Notes: generated by a model not told the origin, from the letters alone. Positions 11,340 through 25,704 are shown, numbered from the whole stretch's first letter. The stretch is 63,237 nt of DNA, filler included, from Octopus bimaculoides (GCF_001194135.2; 13 parts of 12 records of this genome joined end to end with filler, not necessarily neighbours in it); one strand, 5' to 3'. Made by a program: numbers and translations.

Positions 11340-11585
11340 TGCTCATCAATAAGTGCAATTAACCTAACGCATTCTGATGTCGATAGATTAAAGAAAAAGA
11401 TTTAGGATATCATCAATCCAAAAGTTAAAAAAAAAATTTAAAAAATCAGTATATCAAACGTTATGGAACAACAGAAAGATCTGTAATTGACTTTTTCAAC
11501 AATATACAAATGGAACAAGAAAGTCGATACGCTCAAATCGACATAGACGATTACTGGTCTTCAATCTCCAAAATCATCTAGCAAG
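11340..11585 (+). mobile_element. Penelope-like element (PLE) reverse transcriptase fragment
   Basis: Joined frames give INLTHSDVDRLKKKI*DIINPKVK...[38 protein letters not shown], matching the PLE RT pattern LINPxxSxxGxxSKxILD...WxNTxxVIxWFxxI...FxQFDIxxxYxSI. Confidence 0.6.
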
Positions 11586-11669
11586 GTGGTTTGCTAAAGC
11601 AACGCTGGACATCAAAAATTCAGATGGATACGCACACTCACGCACGCGCGCGCGCACACACACACAAGC

Positions 11670-11682
11670 ATTATTATTATTA

Positions 11683-11726
<44 letters not shown>

Positions 11727-11748
11727 GTTATTATTATTATTATTATTA

Positions 11749-11807
<59 letters not shown>

Positions 11808-11817
11808 GTTATTATTA

Positions 11818-11860
<43 letters not shown>
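11670..11860. repeat. (TTA)n microsatellite; (ATCT)n follows at about 11922-12010
   Basis: Direct observation; source of the poly-Y and poly-L ORF artefacts. Confidence 0.97.
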
Positions 11861-11939
11861 GTACTAACAGTTTGATTCAACTGTTCTTAAATAATGTGTT
11901 GAATTCCACGTTCCTTCGTTTCTATCCATCTATCTATCC

Positions 11940-12010
<71 letters not shown>

Positions 12011-12317
12011 CGTCTATATATACATACGTGTATGCATTCATACATATACATACTACATGCATGGATAAAACTGGTAACTTATGTAATGCTCGAAAGCTGG
12101 TAACGCATTTCACAAAAAGAACTTATAGCAAAAGAACATATATATATATATATATATATATCTATGCATATATTTGTATATATGCATGTGTGTGCGTATA
12201 TGAATATATGCATATATATATGTGTATATATATATATATATATATACAAATATATGCTCATACATGTATATATATGCATACATATACATATATAAATGCA
12301 CACTTATATATACATAC

Positions 12318-12362
<45 letters not shown>

Positions 12363-12953
12363 AGTGTAAATGAGTATCCCTTTGTGTACCTATGTAAACC
12401 CGGTATCTTAAATTCTGTCGCTTTATGTCAAACCCTGAAATAACGATTTAGTAAAATGCGGTCCGCAAAATAAATAGCCAATTGAATACTTACCAATATG
12501 CATGGCTCGATATACAGTCAACTGAAAAACGTCCAAAGGTATTGCTCCAGTATGGTCTTAGTCTATTGCCTAAAATCAATGAAACAATAAAACATTGTTC
12601 TTTCTCTAGTAATTTATTGAATTTGTCTTTTGATTTTTATTTGTCATTCTACTTCACTGTCCATCAATGTATTTCTTGTTTTTTTTTTCTTTAATATATT
12701 TTTCCTGATTACATGCCTTCATGAACAATAGCCTGGCTGGACATTTGAACTGTAAAAGCCAATCAATGGTTCACTGGCGAGTTTGGAGGTGAAGAGGGCA
12801 ACGTGAGGCATTTGTAGACTAGGCTTTTGAAAGTTTGTATTCCATTTAGCCAGACAGGCAGACACAGAAGAACACACGTGTTTCTGTATGTATATGTTTG
12901 TATGAGGGCGTATGACAATATATAAATATAATAAATATATATTAGTTTGAGTA

Positions 12954-12988
<35 letters not shown>

Positions 12989-14666
12989 NNNNNNNNNNNN
13001 NNNNNNNNNNNNNNNNNNNNNNNNNNNNNNNNNNNNNNNNNNNNNNNNNNNNNNNNNNNNNNNNNNNNNNNNNNNNNNNNNNNNNNNNNNNNNNNNNNNN
13101 NNNNNNNNNNNNNNNNNNNNNNNNNNNNNNNNNNNNNNNNNNNNNNNNNNNNNNNNNNNNNNNNNNNNNNNNNNNNNNNNNNNNNNNNNNNNNNNNNNNN
13201 NNNNNNNNNNNNNNNNNNNNNNNNNNNNNNNNNNNNNNNNNNNNNNNNNNNNNNNNNNNNNNNNNNNNNNNNNNNNNNNNNNNNNNNNNNNNNNNNNNNN
13301 NNNNNNNNNNNNNNNNNNNNNNNNNNNNNNNNNNNNNNNNNNNNNNNNNNNNNNNNNNNNNNNNNNNNNNNNNNNNNNNNNNNNNNNNNNNNNNNNNNNN
13401 NNNNNNNNNNNNNNNNNNNNNNNNNNNNNNNNNNNNNNNNNNNNNNNNNNNNNNNNNNNNNNNNNNNNNNNNNNNNNNNNNNNNNNNNNNNNNNNNNNNN
13501 NNNNNNNNNNNNNNNNNNNNNNNNNNNNNNNNNNNNNNNNNNNNNNNNNNNNNNNNNNNNNNNNNNNNNNNNNNNNNNNNNNNNNNNNNNNNNNNNNNNN
13601 NNNNNNNNNNNNNNNNNNNNNNNNNNNNNNNNNNNNNNNNNNNNNNNNNNNNNNNNNNNNNNNNNNNNNNNNNNNNNNNNNNNNNNNNNNNNNNNNNNNN
13701 NNNNNNNNNNNNNNNNNNNNNNNNNNNNNNNNNNNNNNNNNNNNNNNNNNNNNNNNNNNNNNNNNNNNNNNNNNNNNNNNNNNNNNNNNNNNNNNNNNNN
13801 NNNNNNNNNNNNNNNNNNNNNNNNNNNNNNNNNNNNNNNNNNTATATATATATATACATATATATATATGTATGTATACATACATATATAATGCATATAT
13901 TTATTTATACCTATATATAAATATATGTGTGTGCGTGTGTGTGTGTGTGCGTGTGTGTGTGTGCGTGTGTGTGTGTGTGCGTGTGTGTGTGTGTTTGTGT
14001 ATATGCCTGTGCTCTCTGCCAGAAATGCCAGAAAAATATTCGTCGCATCACTCCCTACTGTGTTCAAAACCAAATGATCTCTCTGGAGTATATGATTCCA
14101 GGTACACTGCGCCAAGATAAAACTGGTTAGGGACAGCTGCAATGCTTTTTCACAAAAAGTTCTGATCAATCAGAGCCGACGACGACAACAACAACAACAA
14201 CAGATTTATGTGCGTTTGTAAGACTCTGAGTACGTGTGTGTGTGTTTGTGTTTATGCGTGTGTGTATGTGTTTTTCTGTACACGAGTATCCTGCGAATCT
14301 CTATGTTACATTCATAACTGCTCGAATTAGCCAGCTATAGTAGTTTTCTATTGTAAATCACCGTTCTTATCAATGACCATTTCGAAATTACTTCTCTGAT
14401 GTGTTTCTTGCACAGTTTCTCTTCAGGAGAGATAAAAATAAAAACAAAAACAAAAAAAAGACAACAACAAAAAACAACTACATAAACAAAATATAGAAAA
14501 CGAAACCCCAAAACTAAAAAACAAACAAACAAACAAAAACATGGCGTTTAGCTTATTAAAAACTGGTTGTCTGCCAAAAATATTCTGTCTATGTTGAATT
14601 TGCTAATGACAGATTTTTTTGATATGTGATTTATGTGCTTTCGGGAGAGATTACGATTATTATTAA

Positions 14667-14708
<42 letters not shown>

Positions 14709-15401
14709 ATATTTCTTTTTTTGGCTGTCTCGATAACATATCAATAATATATGACAACTACACAGAGGCCAGGAATGATAACAGCAAAGAGACTCCTACA
14801 AAAATTCGCCATCACCAGTCACGACATTTACAAAACGATAATTCAGGAAGCTTTCTTGCTTCTAAAACAACAACAAAAAGCCAAGAAAAATCAAAGAGAC
14901 AAAAAAAAAGAACCAAAAAAAAAAACTGAAAGCAAACTAGCGACGGAAAACAAAACAAACATATATATATATATATGCATAAATGTATGTATATATCTAT
15001 ATATATATATATATGCATAAATGTATGTATGTATATAGTGAAATTAGACTAGACAAATTCTGTCACCAATGGGTTGGTTTTGTAATATACATAAAAGACT
15101 GGAATTCAATTTATAGATATCACAAATGATATTCGTAAACTAATAAGAGATGACACTGCACTAGATATGTGAACTTTGAGAATACAAACGTATGAAGATG
15201 AAGATGAAGAACGTTGATATCAATATACTACTATGTATGTGTGTGCGCGCGTGTATATATATGTATATATAGATATAGATAGATAGATAGATAGATAGAT
15301 ANNNNNNNNNNNNNNNNNNNNNNNNNNNNNNNNNNNNNNNNNNNNTTAATTAATTAANNNNNNNNNNNNNNNNNNNNNNNNNNNNNNNNNNNNNNNNNNN
15401 N

Positions 15402-15670
15402 AATGTGGAATCTAAAAACAGAAACAATTCCTATCATAGTAGGTGCCTGAGGTATAATAAAAAAAAATATTCAGAAAAATACATAACAAAAACACCAGGA
15501 CTTACAAATATATATAACATACAGAAAATTGCACTGCTGGGTACTGCACACATTCTACGCAAAACACTTTCAATACAGTAAACCTAGGAGCACCACAGCA
15601 CATACCCAAGGCGCACAGAGCTGCGCTCGGTAGTGAAGTGAAAGCACGTTATAAAAATAAAACTACTGAA
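15402..15670 (+). mobile_element. R4/Dong-type retrotransposon 3' end (RLE C-terminus plus 3' UTR)
   Basis: MWNLKTETIPIIVGA*GIIKK...IQKIALLGTAHILRKTLSIQ*, then 3' UTR directly followed by (AAT)n. Confidence 0.85.
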
Positions 15671-15693
15671 CAATAATAATAATAATAATAATA

Positions 15694-15750
<57 letters not shown>

Positions 15751-16020
15751 TTCATTCAATTCTGTTTCTATTTGGTGCCGAGTGCCCTCCTAACACCTAC
15801 TCTAAAGAAACGCACTATATATATTGGTAAGCCATTGAAATAAAAACACCAGATTCTTCAGTTGCAAAGTGATATGATAGTTATAAAAGAAGGAGAAGAA
15901 AGACAGAAAAAATGTGAAAAACTAGAAACTAAACGAGGAATATTAAGAGGAAAAAGAGAAAGAAAATTCACGGTGACAATGCTTTTCTCAGTACGTACCA
16001 GTTAAGTACCAGTTAAGACA

Positions 16021-16066
<46 letters not shown>

Positions 16067-16299
16067 GATTATTATTATTATTATACTGTTTCATCTGGAT
16101 GTTTGTTACGATCATTCCGTGAGACACACCCGGCGTCCTAGGGCGAGTCAAGGATAACCAATGTTACATTATGACTGAAAGCTTCGGAAGAGCAAGTGAC
16201 AGGAGAAGTAGCGAAATATCTTCATGTAATTCAACGCAAACATTTAAAGTTGAAAGGGTTTTTCTAAACAATACGTCTCAGAATAACCTTTTTCGAATA

Positions 16300-16435
16300 C
16301 TCTAAGACATGGTTCTCCAGAGATATTATTATCTAGATATTTTCTGACATCCTTTTCTTATTATACCTAGGAATATACCACGATAACAGGAACAGTTCTT
16401 CTTTTAAGATCATCATCATCATCAGCAGCAGCATT

Positions 16436-16503
<68 letters not shown>

Positions 16504-17786
16504 AACCATCATCATCATCACAGCAATGATCAGGCTGTCGGCGGTACGCTTTATATCACCTCGCTCAAACCATGCCAACGGTGCTATATTATCCTTAACG
16601 CCTCGTGTATTCCTTTCAAACTCTCCATGCATACTCATTTCAACACGGTCTTCTGTTCTCTTCTCATCAGCTCTTTGTCTAAACTCTTAGTTGCCCATCA
16701 TTTCATCTGCCTTTATACCCATACCTTTCGCGGCATATTGCAGCAGGTCTTCATTGCTGTTTATCGAATACTCGGCAAGTGTTCTCCTTTCACCCCTTAC
16801 ACAGTGCTCCATACTAATTAGTCCTCTGCCGCCACTCTTTCTTTTCATATATAGTCTGTTTACGTTTGCTTTAGAGTGTAGTTTCCCATGAAGCGTCATC
16901 AACTTTCTCGTCCTTCTATCCAATGTTGATATTCCCTCCTTAGTTCATTTGAGGATGGACGCATTATATGCGGCCAGTACAACTGCCCAGATATTCATTG
17001 CGGTAATCGAATATTTGGCATTCAGGTTGGATTTCAACACCATCTTTACCAATTTTTGATACGCTTTGCTGACCTTGACATCCATTTATCTGTGTAGAAT
17101 ATCTTCCAGCTCCAAAATCCCTAAATATCAAACCCTCTACCGTCGGGTTCACCTATTGTCTCTCCTGATGGTAACCGCAATCCTGTGAAGGATGCTTTTC
17201 TCCAATTTTCGTATTAAGTACTTAGCATATTGATGTCACTACCGCACTTCTGGACTATTTTGATTAAGGAATGTATCGGATTTTCAGATTTCCAAGACAA
17301 TTTCATGCCATCCATAAACAGAAGATGGTTCAATGATGGGCCTTTCTACCGACATTGGTAACCCGTCATAAGTTGCTATGGGTTTTACTGCAATTACAAA
17401 AATTAACGGAGAAAACGAGTCACGTTTGAATATTCCCCTTTCAGTATTAACTTCTCCAAAGAATAGATTACTTGAGTACAATTTGGTTTTCCACTCTTTG
17501 ATGGTATGCATCAGAAAATTTGTGAGATGTCAGCACCACCAAACATCTGCAGGTATTCAACGATTCAAGAATATGTTATCATGTGATATGTCTTCTTAAA
17601 GTCAATCCAAGCCATAGACATGCTTGTATGATGTTTTTTTTTGCCATGCCTCAAAACTGTTTCATCGATGACCAGGTGGTTGATCCTTGGCACCCTGAAA
17701 ACTCTTCCTACATTCTTTTTGTTCCCTTGGCCGTGTTTCTTTCTGTGCCAGGAAAGTGTATTTGCGGCACATATTCCAGTGAGTAA
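16300..17786 (-). mobile_element. R4/Dong-type retrotransposon, decayed RT region (second subfamily), interrupted by (ATC)n
   Basis: Fragments MAWIDFKK, RGIFKRDSFSPLIFVIA, LLFMDGMK, FRYLGILE, MDRRTRKLMTLHGKLHSKANVNRLYMKRKSGGRGLIS and TVPVIV; many stops and frameshifts. Confidence 0.85.
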
Positions 17787-17809
17787 TTATTATTATTATT
17801 ATTATTATT

Positions 17810-18153
17810 CAGTAGTTTTATTTTTATAACGTGCTTTCATTTCACTACCGAGCGTAGCTCTGTGCGCCTTGGGTATGTTCTGTGGTTTGCTGTGGTGCTC
17901 TTATGTTTACTGTATTGAAAGTGTTTTGCGAAGGATGTGTGCAGTACCCAGTAGTGCAATTTTCTGTATGTTATATATATATGTGTAAGTCCTGCTATTT
18001 TTGTTATGTATTTGTCTGAATATTTTTTTATTATACCTAAGGCACCTACTATGATAGGAATTGTTTCTGTTTTTAGATTCCACATTCGAGTTAACTCTAT
18101 TTCCAGGTCTTTGTATTTTGAAAGTTTTTCCATTTCTTTTAGAGAAACGTTGT
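17810..18153 (-). mobile_element. R4/Dong-type retrotransposon 3' end
   Basis: EKLSKYKDLEIELTRMWNLKTETIPIIVGALGIIKK (restriction-like endonuclease C-terminus); about 90% identical by eye to 15402-15670; followed by (TAA)n at 17786-17810. Confidence 0.88.
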
Positions 18154-18474
18154 NNNNNNNNNNNNNNNNNNNNNNNNNNNNNNNNNNNNNNNNNNNNTTA
18201 ATTAATTAANNNNNNNNNNNNNNNNNNNNNNNNNNNNNNNNNNNNNNNNNNNNTAAACAAGTGTGAAAAAACTACAGAAGGCTTGTGTTACATGGTTAAA
18301 GTATATATTCAAATGGTTTGTTAGAAAAATATTATATAATGTTGAGTATAGAAACATTGTATTTGGAGAAATAACCGGTTTCGTATTGTCTTTTCAAATT
18401 TCTCTACTTGTATCGTAAAATGTCTAGGGGGAGAGAGTGAGAGAGAGAGAGGAAGAGAGAGAGAGACAGAGAGT

Positions 18475-18512
<38 letters not shown>

Positions 18513-19016
18513 GGTGATAGAGAGATTCAGCCGGACAAACATACTTATGTATAGAAAAAGAAAACAAAAGAAAAATATACCGCTAAGAATAGACACTAAT
18601 CTCGAGTGGAAAAAAGGGGAAAAGGAACTCCCAGAATTATTCTTATTCTTAATCTAATTCTTCTTATAATTATCATTTTACAATGTCTGATCTTGAAATA
18701 CATATAAACTTTTCTTTTTGTTACCCGTCCAAAGGGTGAGACAACCAAAAGCTTGTAACGAAAGCTCTCACCACTTGCAAATGCTATATATTATTTAAGC
18801 GACACGCAATCGCTGATCACATATAGAGAAAAACAACTTGCTTTAAATCTCTGAACGAGAGACATACAGTAACAGTACCGGATAATAAATATTTATATAC
18901 AAACAAAATGTGGCATTCCTATAAAGGACGATGTTACTGTTATTTTAGCCTCAGGAAAACATCTTTACCAGCTGGCTAACGACACGGAGTTTGTGTCAGT
19001 ATAGCATTTGCAACGG

Positions 19017-19101
<85 letters not shown>

Positions 19102-21592
19102 TATACATTTATGTGTGTATGGATTTATAGATATATATATATATATATATTTACATCTATGGGAATGCTCGTGTGAGAGTCAGCACACGATGTTGGAGAT
19201 AAGTGGAGAGATATGGGTGTATATTTGAGTAAGGGTGTATATACATACACTCCCTTCGTCGTATGTATGTGCAAGTCTAAGTGGTAGGTATACTTACCTA
19301 CTTTCATGTATGTAGATATGTATATATACCCGCAAATGCGAGAGGATGTATATATAAGCGTATAAGTTTATACATTGAACGGTGTATGTATATGTGTACG
19401 CATATGCATATGTAGTTATATATGTATATATATTTGCCTAAATATATGTATGCATATACGCGTATATACGAACATGTATCTGTGTATATATACGTCTGTT
19501 GGTGTGGGAGTGTGGGAGTGTGAGTCTCTGTGCGTGTATATGTGTTTCTGTCCGACCATGGAATACTAAAGGTCAGCCTAAGAGATTTACCTATGCAGTC
19601 AACCATGAACAACCGACCAGAGATGCAAACAAATAGATGACCAATTCTATTTCAATGCCAGCCAGTATCATCTACTACCATTCATAGCAGTCCGACAAAC
19701 GCGATCTAGTGGCAAGAACTATGAGTCTATCAGCCGCTACTAAATTCACGACGAACAAAGAAGATGGCTTTGAAACTGAAGATTTTAAACTAACGGAGAC
19801 CACACTCGTATATCAAATGAGGAGAACTAGATCTCATTGCGCAAACAAGCAGTTGCACAATCAAATACCTCTATTCTTGGAGAACTACGTGGTTTCCAAA
19901 CAATTGTAGCGAATAACCAATAAGTGTCTAACCGTAGTCATTCTTCTTGACCCCACTTTCTTCAATATACATGTATGTGTGTATATATATANNNNNNNNN
20001 NNNNNNNNNNNNNNNNNNNNNNNNNNNNNNNNNNNNNNNNNNNATATATATATATATATTCATGTATATATATATATGCATATTTGTGTGCATCGTCTAC
20101 GTTTTGTTTGCAATGTCCTGTACCCAGATATGCACCTATACATACAGGTGGATGTCGGTATGCACATACCTGTACGTATATATGCATATACTCAGTTACT
20201 ATTTGTTTATATATACATATGTATACTATTCAGTTTTATATTTATATATCTTCCTATTGCAAAATAGAAACTAACCCATCACACCACCTTCCATGCATAT
20301 ATTGCGGATGATTTATTCTGCCCACTCTTTCTCATATGTCTGTCTGTTCTTCAGAATAGAAGAGTAAGAAAGGCACCCATCAGTGTAGTCGCCTCCACAT
20401 ACCATGATACAATCACCAAATATCTGAAAAATACCCGTTTCCAAAATTTGAAAATTCAGTTCCTACCCCAATATTCAGAAAGATGTCTTCTGCAACACAG
20501 AAATAAAGAATGCATCAGAGTCATTTTCCCCCTGTCCTCGAACCATTCTCCACCGAAATATCATGGAGGTTTTTATATTTGTCTAACACAATGGCGAAGG
20601 AAGCAGAAGTAAATAGAAGCAAACTCTATTTCACTTTCTTAATGATGAAAATGGGTTAATGAAAATTTATCAAATAATTAAACACAGTTTTGGTTAGAGT
20701 GAGCTAGAACAACTATGGTGATGCTTTCTCTATTCCTATAAATCGCGTAGTAGTATTCCGATAGAGGAGGACAGTGAAAGAAAACTGTGATATTGAAATT
20801 TTGTAATGTTGGAAAAGATATAATTTCAATGATATAGCTGTTATATCTAACATATGGTTAGACCACACTGAGGTCATCCTCGTTTCGTCTGTTGGCTCGA
20901 AAGACATTTATGTAAACTCATATGACTTTAAAGAGTTTTAAAGTATCCGTAATGTTATATGGTATTGAGGTGGAAAGGGTAATTTGAAAGATTCGTAATA
21001 ATGTTTTATTTTTTATTTTTCTTGTCGTAATATCGTAAACTCCGTGCTCTATAAAGTGTGGAAGGCAAAAATAAAATGGGTTGGATGAATTAACATTTTG
21101 AAAAGTTATGTTTCAGAAAATATGTAATCTTTGTTGTTGAAAATAAAGCAAAACCAAAAGTAGATGGGTGCGTACTGAACACATCCGTGATATTTATAAC
21201 CGTCAGTTTAAAACTGTTGTCAGATCTGATTGTAAATACAGTTTAATGTATTAAAATTTTAAGACATAGTATTCCATAGACGGAGATGTAAGAGTACGTT
21301 CACATCATGAGATCAGTGTTATCAATAAAATATATAACATAAGCAGCAGTGAAGCTTATTAATGGTGAAGCAGAAGAAGCCAGCGAAGTAAAATCTGTTG
21401 ACGTCAATCAAGTACGTGATTGCAAAGTTGTTTGAGAGGACATGAAAATAACACTGCATGAGAGAAAGAAAAAATAATGGGGTTACAAAACGCGCTTATA
21501 TTCGCTGAACGGCTTCCATTCTTATCGCAACGTATATATTTTAAATTACATACATGCGTGCTCACACACAACCACAGACAAAGGCGCGCGCG

Positions 21593-21644
<52 letters not shown>

Positions 21645-21665
21645 NNNNNNNNNNCACACACACAG

Positions 21666-21697
<32 letters not shown>

Positions 21698-22424
21698 GCT
21701 CACGCGTCTAAATTTCAGGCATGTATATACGCGCAATAACAGGTTTATTTCATTATGAATGAAACAATGTATGTGTGTATAAAAGTGTATGTGTTTGTGT
21801 GTTTGTATGTGTGTGTGTGTGAGTGTGTGTGTGTGTGTGTGCATGTAAAGAGATAGAGACCTGCAAAAATACCTACAAACATACATACATAAATACAGAG
21901 ATACAAAAGGAATACGAGTAATTATTAAATGATCAAAAGTTGATTAATGCTCTTCCCCGAAAATATTTGACCTTTACTTGTATAACTATGAAGCAAATTA
22001 ATGTTCCTATTGCTATACAAATGGATTGAGCTCCGTACTGTAATCCGTCAAACGATATGGAGTCTGGAAATAATTACCGAGCCCAGATCACCTGCTCAGA
22101 AGTCGTGCTATATAGCATACTTTACAATGTTTGTGTTTCTTGGAGTATGTATTCTCTTATCTTTCTATCTTTATATATACACACTCTATTTTCTTATATT
22201 TTCAATTGTGTTTCGTTCGTTTCTGTCAGTAAATATCAAATCTGCATGTACAAATGTGTGTACGTGTGCTAAGTGTGTTTGTGTACTCTCTTGTATGCTT
22301 CTGCTTTGTGTGTGCATATATACACATACATATATGCACATACAAATAAAAAAAAACGTGCGCGCGGACACACACACACACGCACAAACACACCGCGCAC
22401 ACACCACATACACCGACAAATATT

Positions 22425-22686
22425 ACACTTTTACTTGTTTCAGTTATTTCACTGTGGCTATGCTGGATAACCGCATTCATTCGAACAAATCGACCAAGGG
22501 ACTTATTTTTTGTAAGCCTAGTACTTATTCTATCGGTCTCTTTTGCCGAACCGCTAGGTTTTAGAAACGTAACCACACCAACATGANNNNNNNNNNNNNN
22601 NNNNNNNNNNNNNNNNNNNNNNNNNNNNNNTTAATTAATTAANNNNNNNNNNNNNNNNNNNNNNNNNNNNNNNNNNNNNNNNNNNN

Positions 22687-22748
<62 letters not shown>

Positions 22749-22885
22749 GCGACGTGCTTTTTTCAGGTTCTATCAACCAAACCTGCTCAAAAGTCTTTGG
22801 TTGGTCGGAGGATATAGAAGACTTAACCCGGAGCCACTTGGTTGAGAAGCAAACATCTTATCACGCCACCGTTCTTGCACCTAAA
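22425..22885 (-). mobile_element. SINE family A, probably one copy split by expanded (CA)n and a spacer
   Basis: 3' half at 22425-22586, (CA)n at 22687-22746, 5' half at 22747-22885; order is collinear on the minus strand. Confidence 0.65.
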
Positions 22886-23039
22886 TACGATATATTATAT
22901 ATTCTTTTACACTTTTATGTGTTCTAACCCAAAGGCTGTGGCCGTGCTGGGGCGCTGCCATTTTCATCACCTTTTCATTGACCATTCGCAGGTATTTAGC
23001 TCTTGATGAATGTGAGAATTTGATATTGCTGCCCTCATT

Positions 23040-24075
23040 TGTAATTTTTGCAGTGATATAAGCTCATCTGGTATCTTGGAGAGTAGGCGGTCATGGTGCC
23101 TCTTGAAATTTCTTCCCGAATTCCGTGTAGCAGCCTCAGGCTTTTTGGCAAGATTTTAATCAACTGTGGGTCCGTGAAACCCAAGCTATTGCAGTACCTG
23201 GTACTCTCTACGAAGGGATTAGGGTCCTTGGCACTGTGCGGTGGATTGCTATAATTATCGATGCCAGAGTTTGGTACCAATCCATTCAGGATCTTCCATA
23301 TGTACATCCCTGAGTAGAGTCGTAATTCCTGCAACTTCTCCCAATACCTCAACTGTCTCATTGAACCAATCTTCTTAGTGTAGCACCATTGGATTGCTTC
23401 GAGTTTCGCTATTAATTTAACATTATGGTGTGACCATAGTTGACCATAGTCTAAACGACCGAGGGAACACATCTTGCATGGACCTGTATATTTTTCTGGT
23501 CCCTTGTTCTGAAAGTTCTCAGAACCTATCTGGCCATTCGCTTGCACATTGCCACAATCTTGCCACCACGACACGAAGCATCGTTGCCCATATCAGTTCC
23601 CAAGTCATGCACTGAGTTTGACTGTAGGATTGACTGTCATTCTTTCTGGTCCGAAATGTCTTTGTTATAATGTGTTAACACAATCTGGCTGATAGCGAAG
23701 ATCTTGGACTTTTTCTGCATGAAATTGCATGTTATTTTCTTCGGTCTATTTACAAAGAGCATCTAAATCTATTCCAAGAGTTCTTGATTGCTTGTGCTAC
23801 TTTTGCATTATCCGCATAGCTAGTAAAAGTTGCTCCCTGTACAACTGATAGCATGTCTGAGGGAGCCACCACAAACAGTAGTGGTCCTGAGACAGTTCTC
23901 TCAGGCGCTCCATACACTATGAATATCTCCTTCGAGAGGGCTCCAATGGCTACATAGATCTTTTAAGAAATCATATAAACCACTGTCATAGTTTTCCAAC
24001 GATGCCGAATCTACGTGTTTTATGACATATCATCCGGTGATTAGCCTTATCGAAGGCCTTTGCAAAATCTAGATA
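23040..24075 (-). mobile_element. CR1-clade LINE ORF2 fragment (RT to C-terminus)
   Basis: DFAKAFDK, SYADNAK (YADD-like) and SLGRLDYGQLWSHHNVKLIAKLEAIQWCYTKKI...YWEKLQELRLYS..YIWKILNGLVPN; multiple lesions. Confidence 0.88.
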
Positions 24076-24077
24076 TC

Positions 24078-24249
24078 TTTTATTCTTTTATCTTTTACTT
24101 GTTTCAGTCATAGACTGCGGCCATGCTGGGGCACCACTCTAGCCGAGTGTATTGACCTCAGTACTTATTTTTTTCTAAAACCTGGAACTTATTTTATCGG
24201 ATTCTTTTGCCGAACCGCTAAGTTACGGGATCGTAAACACACTACCACC
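24078..24249 (-). mobile_element. SINE family A, 3' half
   Basis: CTTTTACTTGTTTCAGTCA...TTTTGCCGAACCGCTAAGTTAC is the reverse complement of the tail seen at 62850-62976. Confidence 0.8.
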
Positions 24250-25658
24250 NNNNNNNNNNNNNNNNNNNNNNNNNNNNNNNNNNNNNNNNNNNNNNNNNNN
24301 NNNNNNNNNNNNNNNNNNNNNNNNNNNNNNNNNNNNNNNNNNNNNNNNNNNNNNNNNNNNNNNNNNNNNNNNNNNNNNNNNNNNNNNNNNNNNNNNNNNN
24401 NNNNNNNNNNNNNNNNNNNNNNNNNNNNNNNNNNNNNNNNNNNNNNNNNNNNNNNNNNNNNNNNNNNNNNNNNNNNNNNNNNNNNNNNNNNNNNNNNNNN
24501 NNNNNNNNNNNNNNNNNNNNNNNNNNNNNNNNNNNNNNNNNNNNNNNNNNNNNNNNNNNNNNNNNNNNNNNNNNNNNNNNNNNNNNNNNNNNNNNNNNNN
24601 NNNNNNNNNNNNNNNNNNNNNNNNNNNNNNNNNNNNNNNNNNNNNNNNNNNNNNNNNNNNNNNNNNNNNNNNNNNNNNNNNNNNNNNNNNNNNNNNNNNN
24701 NNNNNNNNNNNNNNNNNNNNNNNNNNNNNNNNNNNNNNNNNNNNNNNNNNNNNNNNNNNNNNNNNNNNNNNNNNNNNNNNNNNNNNNNNNNNNNNNNNNN
24801 NNNNNNNNNNNNNNNNNNNNNNNNNNNNNNNNNNNNNNNNNNNNNNNNNNNNNNNNNNNNNNNNNNNNNNNNNNNNNNNNNNNNNNNNNNNNNNNNNNNN
24901 NNNNNNNNNNNNNNNNNNNNNNNNNNNNNNNNNNNNNNNNNNNNNNNNNNNNNNNNNNNNNNNNNNNNNNNNNNNNNNNNNNNNNNNNNNNNNNNNNNNN
25001 NNNNNNNNNNNNNNNNNNNNNNNNNNNNNNNNNNNNNNNNNNNNNNNNNNNNNNNNNNNNNNNNNNNNNNNNNNNNNNNNNNNNNNNNNNNNNNNNNNNN
25101 NNNNNNNNNNNNNNNNNNNNNNNNNNNNNNATATATATATATATATATATATATAAGACAAGACGGAAGCCATGGTAGGTGTCACCAAGCAAGTTATTAT
25201 CTTCTTGGAACGTTATGAGTTTACTAACTCGTTCCATGACTTTGCTAACTTGTCAAGTTAGAAAGACAGTCCAATAATGGTTAGCATCTCCCCTGCTTCC
25301 TCCGTTACGGAAGGGACATATACCTTCCCAAAACTTTCTGGGAACTTTAGAACTTGCGAGGATGTTTTGGAAGAGGATCTGCAGTAGTCTCTCGCTAGGG
25401 TTCAATGGAATCTACCAAAGCCAAATATTCTGAGAATGTTTTCGAATGAATTCTCGTGATTCGGAGCATCTTGTTTGTTTAAACGCGCGGGCGCGCAGTC
25501 ACACACACACGCACACACAGACACAAACGCGCATATCCGCATACACAGCCACATATGTATATACATATGTGTATGTGTGTGTGTGTGTGTGTGCGTGCAT
25601 ACATATATACGTACGTTGTTACATTAATACTGAATATAGGTAAATATTTATTTAGATT

Positions 25659-25704
<46 letters not shown>

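Noticed and set aside
16083-16150. Possible degenerate hammerhead (CCUAGGAC-GCCGGG...CACG-GAAUGAUCG) next to (TTA)n
   Set aside because: Neither CUGANGA nor GAAA is intact and stem II is imperfect.
20353-20612. 85-codon open frame after a CAG acceptor
   Set aside because: No recognisable homology, ordinary composition and only a weak donor.
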